NCBI GenBank assembly: GCA_963745075.1
Contig: CAVUWV010000008.1
Coordinates: forward strand, 352,001-416,000
From: Candidatus Hydrogenedentota bacterium
GTDB taxonomy: Bacteria > Hydrogenedentota > Hydrogenedentia > Hydrogenedentales > SLHB01
Reading direction: 5' to 3'
Length of the DNA: 64,000 nt
Made by a program: the position numbers and the translations under genes. Below the pieces are notes generated by a model, which had not been told where the DNA came from, did not search any database, and saw nothing but the letters and a program-made list of their open reading frames with translations. Positions 32,544-41,245 of this stretch are shown in pieces; positions within the stretch are counted from its first letter, which is position 1, and each line of letters begins with the position of its first letter.

Positions 32544-34382
32544 ATGTGCGGAATCGTTGGATACCTCGGGGATAACCACAATGCCGTGGACGTTATTATG
32601 GCCGGACTTCACCGGCTCGAATATCGCGGCTACGACTCGGCTGGCGTGGCCATCGTAAAAAACGGCTCCCTCGCGTCCGTCAAGAGCCTCGGTAAACTGG
32701 TTTCCATGGATGCCAAGCTCGAGCAGAGTCCCCTCAACGGCTCGCTCGGCATCGGCCACACCCGCTGGGCGACACACGGCGTGCCCAGCGAAACCAATTC
32801 GCATCCCCACTTCGACGGCGCCATGGAGATTGCGGTGGTCCACAACGGCATCATCGAGAACTACCAGGAACTCCGTGAATCCCTGCAAGCCGACGGCGTG
32901 GTATTCCGCAGCCAGACCGACACCGAGACCATCGCCCACCTCGTGCGCAAGTACTACCAGGGCGACCTCTTCGTCGCCGTAAAGCGCGCCCTCCAGGATG
33001 TGGAAGGCGCCTACGCCATCGGCGTCATTTGCAAAGACAACCCGGACGTGCTGATCGCCGCCCGTCACGGCAGCCCCCTGATCGTGGGGCTCGGCGACAA
33101 TGAAGCCTATATCGCGTCCGACGTGCCCGCCATCATGAAATACACCCGCAAGGTCCTCTACATCGACAACGGCCAGGTCTGCGAAATCCGCCGCGACGGC
33201 TACAAGATCGAAGACCTGCAAGGCAATCCCGTGAAGCTCGAAGTGAAGACCGTCGACTGGGACGACTCCGCCGCCGAGAAGGAAGGCTATCCCCACTTCA
33301 TGTTGAAGGAGATTAACCAGCAGCCCGACGTCATCCGCAACACCCTGCGCGGCCGCGTCACGGAAGGGTCCGACGAGGTCAACCTGCGGGATATGCAATT
33401 GACCGAGCAGGAACTCAAGGACTGCAAGAAGATCGTCATCGTCAGTTGCGGAACGGCATGGCACGCCGGGCTCGTCGGCAAGTATCTCATCGAGAAATTC
33501 GCCCAGGTCCCCGTCGAAGTCGATATCGCGTCGGAGTACCGCTACCGCGATCCCATCGTCTACCCGAACACCATCGTCATCCCCGTGACCCAGTCCGGTG
33601 AAACGGCCGACACGCTGGAGGCCATCCGCATCGCCAAGAGCAAAGGCGCCAAGGTCGTCTCGATTGTCAACGTCGTCGGCTCCAGCATCGCCCGCGAATC
33701 CCACGGCGTGATCTACACCCAGGCCGGCCCGGAAATCGGCGTCGCCTCCACCAAGGCCTATACCTCGCAGATCACCGCCTTCGCCTTGTTCACCATCTGG
33801 CTCGGAGAAACCCGCGGCGTCCTGTCCAAGGCCGAAGCCAAGGAGATGATCACCCATCTGCGCGCTATTCCGGACAAGATCCAGTGGTGTCTCGACAACC
33901 AGGAAGACGTGATTCGCTGCGCCGAGGATCCCAAATACCTCAACGCCCAGAGTGCCCTGTACCTGGGACGCAGCTTCAATTTCCCGAGTGCGCTCGAGGG
34001 CGCCCTCAAGCTCAAGGAAATCAGCTACATTCACGCCGAAGGCTACGGCGCCGGCGAAATGAAGCACGGACCCATCGCCCTGGTGACCGATGAGTTGCCC
34101 GTCGTGTGCGTCGCCGTCAAAGGCGAAACCTACGACAAGATGGTGTCCAACATTCAGGAGATTCGCGCGCGTGAAGGTGTCGTGCTTTCCGTGGCAACCG
34201 TCGGTGACGAAAGCATTGAGAAGCACAGCAAGGACGTCATCTACGTACCGGACTGTTACGAACCTTTCAGCCCCATCGTGGTCGCGGTGCCGCTCCAGTT
34301 GTTGGCCTACTACATCGCCGCCAACCGCGGCTGCGACGTGGACCAGCCACGCAACCTCGCCAAGAGCGTGACTGTCGAATAA
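32544..34382 (+). CDS. glmS: Glutamine--fructose-6-phosphate transaminase
   Basis: MCGIVG, LEYRGYDSAG, GHTRWATHG, PRNLAKSVTVE. Confidence 0.98.
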   Translation: MCGIVGYLGDNHNAVDVIMAGLHRLEYRGYDSAGVAIVKNGSLASVKSLGKLVSMDAKLEQSPLNGSLGIGHTRWATHGVPSETNSHPHFDGAMEIAVVHNGIIENYQELRESLQADGVVFRSQTDTETIAHLVRKYYQGDLFVAVKRALQDVEGAYAIGVICKDNPDVLIAARHGSPLIVGLGDNEAYIASDVPAIMKYTRKVLYIDNGQVCEIRRDGYKIEDLQGNPVKLEVKTVDWDDSAAEKEGYPHFMLKEINQQPDVIRNTLRGRVTEGSDEVNLRDMQLTEQELKDCKKIVIVSCGTAWHAGLVGKYLIEKFAQVPVEVDIASEYRYRDPIVYPNTIVIPVTQSGETADTLEAIRIAKSKGAKVVSIVNVVGSSIARESHGVIYTQAGPEIGVASTKAYTSQITAFALFTIWLGETRGVLSKAEAKEMITHLRAIPDKIQWCLDNQEDVIRCAEDPKYLNAQSALYLGRSFNFPSALEGALKLKEISYIHAEGYGAGEMKHGPIALVTDELPVVCVAVKGETYDKMVSNIQEIRAREGVVLSVATVGDESIEKHSKDVIYVPDCYEPFSPIVVAVPLQLLAYYIAANRGCDVDQPRNLAKSVTVE

Positions 34383-34404
34383 CGGCACTCCGGATCGAAA
34401 ACAC

Positions 34405-34446
34405 AGGCGGCGCTTCCCACGAAAATGGGAAGCGCCGCCTTCTTTT
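34405..34446 (+). terminator. Rho-independent terminator after glmS
   Basis: aggcggcgcttccca-loop-tgggaagcgccgcct followed by tctttt. Confidence 0.85.
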
Positions 34447-34463
34447 GTCTCACTTGTTAGGTT

Positions 34464-34583
34464 CTACGGCACCAGCGCCAGGTAATACGTGGTCACAAAC
34501 ACCAGAATCAAATACAGGGGATACAGGAGTTGGCCGAGTACACCGGAACTCAGCATTTGCAACAGTTGCGTGAAATCAATCAT
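34464..34583 (-). CDS. 39-aa hydrophobic small protein (below ORF-track cutoff)
   Basis: MIDFTQLLQMLSSGVLGQLLYPLYLILVFVTTYYLALVP*, with AGGGAGG RBS at 34594-34600. Confidence 0.6.
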   Translation of the reverse strand: MIDFTQLLQMLSSGVLGQLLYPLYLILVFVTTYYLALVP

Positions 34584-34772
34584 CGTGACGTTTCCTCCCT
34601 TACCGTACCTGGTATAATTACGCCCCACTGGGCCCTGCCGTTACAAGAATCTACCCTTCTGAACGACCCTCATCCTACCGCATAGCAGCGGATTGATGAT
34701 TCGCTATCCAATCCTCGTGCTCGTAATCGTAATCGACAGAGCCGAGAATCCATTTCTGGGCCGTCACCACCT

Positions 34773-35249
34773 TTACCCCGCCGGTCGCCATTCCCGGCCC
34801 GCACGGGCGGCCGAAATCTGTTCAAGATGATGTTCGGTATGCCGGGCGAACCCGGAAATACCCTTACGCACCGTCATCAACCCCGCTTCCGAATGCTCGA
34901 ACTGACGCTCCAACGCCTCATCTTCATGCGTCTCCAGTAGATAGATGAGTTGATTGCGCGCTGCCAGAAATAGATCGCGGCAGATCGGCAGTGGCCGCGC
35001 GGCGTAGTCCAACTCCCGCGCCCACGCGTCCTGGTCAAACCCCTCGATGCGGCTCCCCGGTTCCGCAAGACCCCGGCAAAGCCGCCACAAATACACCACC
35101 TCGCAATCGGTCAAATGCACCAGAATTTCCCGCACGGACCACTTTCCCGCACCGTACGCCTTCGTCAGATCGTTCGCCGGCGCTTCAAACTGCTCCAGGA
35201 CCGCATCCCGGGAACGCGTAAAGGAATCAACAAGTTCAATGCGGTTCAC
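34773..35249 (-). CDS. DinB/YfiT family protein
   Basis: GKWSVREILVHLTDCE, FDQDAWA, HTEHHLEQI. Confidence 0.9.
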   Translation of the reverse strand: MNRIELVDSFTRSRDAVLEQFEAPANDLTKAYGAGKWSVREILVHLTDCEVVYLWRLCRGLAEPGSRIEGFDQDAWARELDYAARPLPICRDLFLAARNQLIYLLETHEDEALERQFEHSEAGLMTVRKGISGFARHTEHHLEQISAARAGREWRPAG

Positions 35250-35309
35250 GGTTCACTCTCCATCCATCGGCACCCACAAGCAATGCTGTCCATCCGCGTC
35301 CGTACATAT

Positions 35310-35440
35310 TTCGTACTCGCTCTCGTACTCGTACGCGTACTCGACAAAATCCCGCGAACTCTCGGGGTAGACAAACAAAGTAATCGCTCACTTCCCTGTG
35401 CTTCCACGCGCGTCTTCTTCGAGTACGAGAGCGAGTACGT
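35310..35440. repeat. Inverted TCGTAC-hexamer cassette
   Basis: tcgtactcgctctcgtactcgtacgcgtactcg ... cgagtacgagagcgagtacg. Confidence 0.75.
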
Positions 35441-35446
35441 TTCGAG

Positions 35447-37372
35447 TCACAACGCCGCGGACGCTAACTCATCCAGTTCGTCTTGAATGCTCTGCGTCAC
35501 CGGGAACCGGAATCCCGTCTTTGGATCCAGGTCGAGATCCAGGACCTTCATCGTCACCGGCAACTGCTCGCGTTTCCACTGATTGTAGGTAAACAGTTTG
35601 CCGAAATTGCTCGTCCACGTGCGAAGCTGCTCCACGTCGTGGTCCGAATGACGATGCACGAGAATACGCCAGCAGTCCGGAAGCGACATCCTGCGCCGCG
35701 CAAACAGGTACAGCAGGTCGTCCAACACCACGTACGGCATCAGGTCCGCCTCATCCTGCTGATCGGGCGCCAGTTCCGCGCTGGGCGGAATATCGAGTAT
35801 CCGTTGCAGTGACTTGATGCCGTCTCGTTTCGCCACGTACTCCAACAACATGGAAACCAGCGTCTTCGGGACGTTCGCAATCGGCGAGTAACCGCCCTGG
35901 TTATCGCCGCCGGTGGTCGTGTAGCCGACCGCCGCTTCGCTCAAGTTTGACGTCACGAGCAACAACGCCTGCGCGCTGTTCGCCCAGTTCAGCATCATGT
36001 TGCCACGGACCCGCGCTTGCAGGTTCTGGCGCGCCAGCGGCGTCACGTGTTCTTCGCCGTCCATCAACTCGCCCGCTTTCTCCAGCGCAACCTTGGCCTC
36101 CTTCTCGATGGACACCACGCGAAACGGCACACCCAGTTCTTTCGCCAGCGCGCGGGACGCCTGACGCGTCGCGCTGCTGCTGTATGCCTTGTTCGGCAGG
36201 TACACCGTCGAAACGCGTTCGGCGTAACGCGACGCGTCACGCCCCTGATTCAGCGCCTTCGACGCATACACCGCAAGCAACAGGCACAGCGCACTGTCGC
36301 GACCGCCGGACAGCGCGATCAGAAACCGTTTGAACGCGCCCACCTTCTCGAAGTAATCCCGCAGCCCCAGCACCAGCGCCTCGAACAGTTCGTCGAAATA
36401 CCGGTTCGCTTCGTTGACCACTCGCGCTTCCCCAGGCACAAAGAAACTTCGTGGAAGCTGCGCCGCAAAATCCTTCGCCGGCGCCGGCACATAGTCGCCG
36501 TCACGCGCATCCACCACAGCAATCGACGCGCCTTCGGCAAGCCGCGACGCTTCCTGACGCCACGTCGTGTTTTCCGACCGCACCCGCGAAATGTCGTCAA
36601 GATTCACGATCCCGGTGGTCAACGTCCACGGTTGCATCGATAACACGTCGCCGTCCGCAATGACCCCTTCGGGGGTGGCGATCATCCCGCCGCCGTCGAA
36701 CACCAACCGGCTGTTGTCGCACCCCAACAGGTTCGCATAGGCGTACACGCAAGCCAGGCTGCCCGCTGCGCCCAGGATCAAGCGCCGGCGCTGCTCGTTC
36801 TTCAACGGCGTAAACGGCGATGCGCTCGGGTTGCAGATGATCTCCGCCCCGGCGCGAACCCGCGCGTACGCGGGTGAATTGGTGGACCATAAGTCCTCGC
36901 ATATCTCCGCGCTGACCTTCCCGTACGGCAGATCGAATACGACCTCGCCCGCCGGCACGCCGTGGACCTCCGTCGCCCCGCTGCGCCACGCGGCCCAGTT
37001 CCGTCCTTCGTAGAAAATGCTGTACGTGGGCAGATACTTCTTCAGTACCAATCCGCGCACGCTGCCGTCGTGGATCAGCGCTGCCGCGTTGTACATCATC
37101 GCGTCGATACGGACCGGCAGCCCCACGAAGACGGAAATCCCCTCGCAATGGTCCGCGAGATCCGTCAAGGCCTGCCAGCTCCGGCGCGCAATATCCGGCC
37201 ACCAGATGCGATCTTCGAGGCTGTATCCCGACAGACATAGTTCCGGCGTGACCAGGAGATGCACGCCCTGTGCCTTTGCCTCGCCGATCACCTCGCGCAG
37301 CCGCCCCGCGTTGCCGGCAAAATCACCGACCTTGACGGATACCGCCGCTACGCCGACTCGAACCAATCGCAT
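35447..37372 (-). CDS. nadE: Glutamine-dependent NAD+ synthetase
   Basis: Nitrilase-fold E-K-C triad (TPEL, KKYLP, EICED) plus SGGRDS, NLQARVRG, PPSAEL. Confidence 0.95.
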   Translation of the reverse strand: MRLVRVGVAAVSVKVGDFAGNAGRLREVIGEAKAQGVHLLVTPELCLSGYSLEDRIWWPDIARRSWQALTDLADHCEGISVFVGLPVRIDAMMYNAAALIHDGSVRGLVLKKYLPTYSIFYEGRNWAAWRSGATEVHGVPAGEVVFDLPYGKVSAEICEDLWSTNSPAYARVRAGAEIICNPSASPFTPLKNEQRRRLILGAAGSLACVYAYANLLGCDNSRLVFDGGGMIATPEGVIADGDVLSMQPWTLTTGIVNLDDISRVRSENTTWRQEASRLAEGASIAVVDARDGDYVPAPAKDFAAQLPRSFFVPGEARVVNEANRYFDELFEALVLGLRDYFEKVGAFKRFLIALSGGRDSALCLLLAVYASKALNQGRDASRYAERVSTVYLPNKAYSSSATRQASRALAKELGVPFRVVSIEKEAKVALEKAGELMDGEEHVTPLARQNLQARVRGNMMLNWANSAQALLLVTSNLSEAAVGYTTTGGDNQGGYSPIANVPKTLVSMLLEYVAKRDGIKSLQRILDIPPSAELAPDQQDEADLMPYVVLDDLLYLFARRRMSLPDCWRILVHRHSDHDVEQLRTWTSNFGKLFTYNQWKREQLPVTMKVLDLDLDPKTGFRFPVTQSIQDELDELASAAL

Positions 37373-37399
37373 GGATTCCGCTTGTCTCCGTTTTATCAA

Positions 37400-37496
37400 C
37401 GTCCCAAAAGATCTGAAGGACCAAAGGGGCCAAAAGGACTCCACTCGATCTGCGGCCGTTGAGGTCCTTCTTGTCCTTTAGGTCGTTTCTTGTCCC
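37400..37496. repeat. Inverted 9-nt period cassette between pncB and nadE
   Basis: aaggaccaaaggggccaaaaggac ... gtccttcttgtcctttaggtcgtttcttgtccc. Confidence 0.65.
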
Positions 37497-37521
37497 GCCC
37501 CCATTCTACACGCCCGCGTCG

Positions 37522-38985
37522 TCACACTGCATCCGTCCGGTTCATCAGCTCGTCCTTCAACGCTCCAACCTTCTCGGACAGCAGAACCTTATAGATCTCC
37601 GGGTTGCGCAGCCGCTTGTACTCTTCCGGCAGTTTGCCCAATTGATCGAGGTACCGCTGACGCATCACCGGCACGGCCTCGTGCTCCCGGCGCTCGCCGT
37701 TCTCGTAGACCGTCTTCAGCAGCGCCTCCGCATGGGTCGCCCGCCGCAGCCGGACCGTCCGGTGCGGTTGCGTGTCGTCCCGTCCCTGGATCGGACCGGA
37801 CGTCGCCCACGTTTCGTCCGCGCCGTACAACACATCGCCCGACGGCTGCTCGAATTCGTCGTAGTAGCGCACCACCATCTTCCGGCACGGGTTCGTCGCC
37901 TTGGCAACGTTGGACGAAATCTTCATGCGCGGCTGCCATGCGCCGTCTTCACGAACGGCCACCAGCTTGTACACGCCGCTCAGCGACGGACAATCCTTCG
38001 ACGTAATCAAATGCGTTCCCACGCCCCACGCGTTGATCTTGGCGCCCTGCCGTTTAAGGTCCGCGATCAAATCCTCCTCGAGGTCGTTCGACGCCACGAT
38101 GGTCGGGTTCTCGATACCCGCCTCCCGCATCATGCGATAGGCGATCTTGCTCAGTTTCGCCAGGTCACCCGAGTCGAGACGAATTGCCGTCCGGACCGGA
38201 ATACCCTGTTCCCGCAGCTCTTTGAACACCGTAATCGCGTTCGGCACACCGCTCTCGATCGTGTCATACGTGTCGACCAATAAGACGCACCGCTCCGGAT
38301 ACCGCCGGGCGAAGGCGCGAAACGCTTCCAACTCACTCGAAAAACTCATCACCCAACTGTGCGCGTGCGTCCCCGAGACGGGGATCCCGTAAATCTTCCC
38401 GGCGAGCACGTTGGACGTAGACGAGCACCCCCCGATGTACGACGCCCGCGACCCGCTCAGCGCCCCGTCCGGACCGTGCGCCCGGCGCATGCCGAACTCC
38501 ATAACCGGATCGCCGACTGCGGCTAAGGTGACGCGCGACGCCTTCGTCGCAATGAGGGTCTGGTAATTCAGCATGTTGAGCAGCGAACTCTCGACCAACT
38601 GCGTTTCGAAGATGCTGCCTTCCACCTGTACGATGGGCTCGTTCGGAAACACCAGTGTCCCCTCCGGCACGGCGCGTACCGTGCACCGGGGCCGGAACTG
38701 GCGCAGATACGAAAGAAATTCGCCGTCGAAAACCTCCTGCGACCGCAGGTACTCGATATCGTCTTCCTCGAATCGCAGATGTTCGAGATAGTCGAGAAAC
38801 GGTCCCAGCCCCGCCGCGACCGCGAACCCGTTGTGGGGCGGCAGATGGCGAAAGAAATACTCAAAACTCACCTGCAAATCGGCGCGCCCTTCCCGCAAGT
38901 ACCCCGCCATCATCGTCAACTCATAAAAATCCGTGAGCAGCGCCATCCCTTCCCGGTTACGCCACGGGTGCGTTACGGGGCTCAT
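37522..38985 (-). CDS. pncB: Nicotinate phosphoribosyltransferase
   Basis: LLTDFYELTM, EFGMRRAHG, GTHAHSWV, IRLDSGDL. Confidence 0.96.
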   Translation of the reverse strand: MSPVTHPWRNREGMALLTDFYELTMMAGYLREGRADLQVSFEYFFRHLPPHNGFAVAAGLGPFLDYLEHLRFEEDDIEYLRSQEVFDGEFLSYLRQFRPRCTVRAVPEGTLVFPNEPIVQVEGSIFETQLVESSLLNMLNYQTLIATKASRVTLAAVGDPVMEFGMRRAHGPDGALSGSRASYIGGCSSTSNVLAGKIYGIPVSGTHAHSWVMSFSSELEAFRAFARRYPERCVLLVDTYDTIESGVPNAITVFKELREQGIPVRTAIRLDSGDLAKLSKIAYRMMREAGIENPTIVASNDLEEDLIADLKRQGAKINAWGVGTHLITSKDCPSLSGVYKLVAVREDGAWQPRMKISSNVAKATNPCRKMVVRYYDEFEQPSGDVLYGADETWATSGPIQGRDDTQPHRTVRLRRATHAEALLKTVYENGERREHEAVPVMRQRYLDQLGKLPEEYKRLRNPEIYKVLLSEKVGALKDELMNRTDAV

Positions 38986-39557
38986 TTCAAGGCTCCCGAT
39001 TCCGCCACCGCCACGCCGGCCAGTTTCATTTCATCGATGGCTGCGTCCCCGCTGCCTTTCGGGTTGTCCACCGCGCGGCACAGGTCCTCGAGCACGACGA
39101 CCGGGAACCCTTCCCGAACCCCGTCGAGCGCGGTCGCCTTGACGCAGTAATCGGTGGCAACGCCGCACACAAAGAGCCGGTCCACGCCGCGATCGCGCAG
39201 GTCCGCGGCCAAGTTCGTATTGTCGAAATCGCTGTAGGCTTCCCGTTCGGGGGTCGTCGCCTTGCTGATTACCCATGCGTTATCCGGAACCTCGAGATCC
39301 GGGTGAAACGCCGCACCGATCGTATCCTGCACGCAATGGGCCGGCCAGCTCCCGTCGACAAATTCGGGATCGTCGCTGAAGCTGCAATGATCGGCGGGAT
39401 GCCAGTCCCGCGTGAAGACGCAGTGGTTGAATCGTTTGGCCAGCGCGTTGATGGCCGGAATGATCGCGTCCCCGCCCTCCACGGCCAGTGCGCCGCCCGG
39501 ACAAAAATCGTTCTGCATATCCACTACGATCAACGCATCGGTCGGCCGCACGTTCAT
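38982..39557 (-). CDS. pncA: Nicotinamidase
   Basis: VVDMQNDFCPGGAL, TRDWHP, WPAHCV, GVATDYCV. Confidence 0.95.
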   Translation of the reverse strand: MNVRPTDALIVVDMQNDFCPGGALAVEGGDAIIPAINALAKRFNHCVFTRDWHPADHCSFSDDPEFVDGSWPAHCVQDTIGAAFHPDLEVPDNAWVISKATTPEREAYSDFDNTNLAADLRDRGVDRLFVCGVATDYCVKATALDGVREGFPVVVLEDLCRAVDNPKGSGDAAIDEMKLAGVAVAESGALK

Positions 39558-39587
39558 GATCGGGTACCTCCCTTGGGTTGCACGCCG

Positions 39588-40124
39588 CTAGGGCAGTTCG
39601 GAAAGCGCGGCCGTGAGCGTGTTCCGCTCGGCCGCAGCATAGGTCGGAGGAATGATGTCGGACGCGCCATCTGGTCGGACGGCGTCATGAAGTCTTCTTA
39701 CAGCGTACTCGACGATCCGATCGTGGTCAAACGCCAGCGGCGGCAGATCGGTTATGGGAAACCATTCCGCCTCCCGGGCATCGTCACCGGCCTTCAACGC
39801 GTGCCGCCGGCAATCGATAAGCGCGAGGTACACGATACTGACCGCCCACCCTCGCGGGTCGCGGCCCGGATCGCCGTAGGCCCGCATCTGTCGTAGCGGC
39901 ACGTTGGACAGCCCGGTCTCCTCTTCCAGTTCGCGGGCCGCCGCCTCATCGAGCGGTTCATTCTCGTTCACGAACCCGCCCGGGATCGCCCAATGATTCT
40001 CATAGGGTTCATGTCCCCGGCGTACCAGCAACAGGCACAGCTCCCCTTCGCGAAGCGTAACGATCACCGAATCCGCCGCCATAATCGGATGCGGGTGATC
40101 GTAGGTATGCTTTTCGTCAGCCAT
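39588..40124 (-). CDS. Nudix hydrolase (ADP-ribose pyrophosphatase / NrtR N-domain-like)
   Basis: WAIPGGFV...AAARELEEETG, RDPRG, LAFDH; no C-terminal wHTH. Confidence 0.88.
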   Translation of the reverse strand: MADEKHTYDHPHPIMAADSVIVTLREGELCLLLVRRGHEPYENHWAIPGGFVNENEPLDEAAARELEEETGLSNVPLRQMRAYGDPGRDPRGWAVSIVYLALIDCRRHALKAGDDAREAEWFPITDLPPLAFDHDRIVEYAVRRLHDAVRPDGASDIIPPTYAAAERNTLTAALSELP

Positions 40125-40151
40125 CGTCTCTCCTTCTAAATGTTTGCCTTT

Positions 40152-40304
40152 GTAATCGTACTCGTTCTCGTACTCGTAATCGAATCACCGAGTGCATCGC
40201 CCCGCGGGAATCGATCCGGAATGGCCGTGTTGGAAGATCCGCTTTCCGAGTCAGGTTTTTGAAAGTTGTCGATTGCGATTACGACACACGAGAACGAGTA
40301 CGAG
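40152..40304. repeat. Inverted TCGTAC/TCGTAA-hexamer cassette
   Basis: gtaatcgtactcgttctcgtactcgtaatcg ... gattgcgattacgacacacgagaacgagtacgag. Confidence 0.75.
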
Positions 40305-40412
40305 CCAGTAGAAGTAGTGGGGGAGACCCCGGTCATTCGAGCGGCTGGAAGCGCGAGGGCGAGGATACACACCCTCGCCCTCGATCACGTCACAGGTTCT
40401 TCCGCATTCGTT

Positions 40413-40937
40413 TTAGTTTGACTCGATAGCGACCTCGAATGTGCCGTTCACGCCGAACGGCTGCACGCCGGCAAGCAGGATCGTGAACGCCCACGTACCG
40501 CTGTACGTGTCCATCGTTCCGTCGCCATCGACGTCTTCGCCGTGGCCCGCCAGACTCAGCACGACGCAGGCCCCCGTGCCGCACCCGCCGGTGAGCAGCG
40601 TCAACTTGCCGTTGTCTTCCAGCAACCCGCCGATGTCGACGATGGTCGGCAACGGCTCATCGGCCCAATCGGGCAATTCGATACACGAATAATCGATCTC
40701 CGCCGAACCCGACACGCCGTGATCGCCGGGATAGCTCGCCGTGAGATCCTGCGCCAGGGTCAGCGTCAACGGACATCCCACCACTTGCTGCGCCTGGTCC
40801 GTCGAGGTGCCGTTCCACACGCCCGAGTACGTCCCCGTCGTGTCGAAGGGCGGTTTGGGAAAGCCGCCTGGACAACCCGCCGCGATCAGACCGAGCGCGA
40901 CCGCCAGACACAATCCACCTGTAATTCGTAACCTCAT
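40413..40937 (-). CDS. Hypothetical lipoprotein
   Basis: Lipobox AAGC after a hydrophobic stretch; GGAGG RBS. Confidence 0.75.
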   Translation of the reverse strand: MRLRITGGLCLAVALGLIAAGCPGGFPKPPFDTTGTYSGVWNGTSTDQAQQVVGCPLTLTLAQDLTASYPGDHGVSGSAEIDYSCIELPDWADEPLPTIVDIGGLLEDNGKLTLLTGGCGTGACVVLSLAGHGEDVDGDGTMDTYSGTWAFTILLAGVQPFGVNGTFEVAIESN

Positions 40938-41171
40938 AGGATTCCTCCCGTACGGTCCAGGCTGCGCGTACCCTCTGCAAACACGCATCTATACGACCCC
41001 GGAAGATAGCTAGAAGGTTTCACTCGGATCGAAAGCGCATCTCCCCATACCCAACACCCATCATGGTCAATTCGTACTCGTTCTCGAACTCGTACGCGTA
41101 CTCGACGAGAACCCCTGATCCGAGATTTCCCATCTCAGTTCGCATTCCCCCGACGGCCGTTCATGCTGTCC

Positions 41172-41221
41172 AAAAAACACAACGCGCGCCGGGACTCACA
41201 TTCGAGTCACCGGCGCGCGTT
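41172..41221 (-). terminator. Terminator after ilvB
   Basis: aacgcgcgccgg...ccggcgcgcgtt stem with a nearby T6 tract on the minus strand. Confidence 0.65.
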
Positions 41222-41245
41222 CAAGCCGTCGCTGGAGTCTTCCGC

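Noticed and set aside
39588..40124. NrtR transcription factor
   Set aside because: No DNA-binding wHTH domain and no obvious operator palindrome upstream
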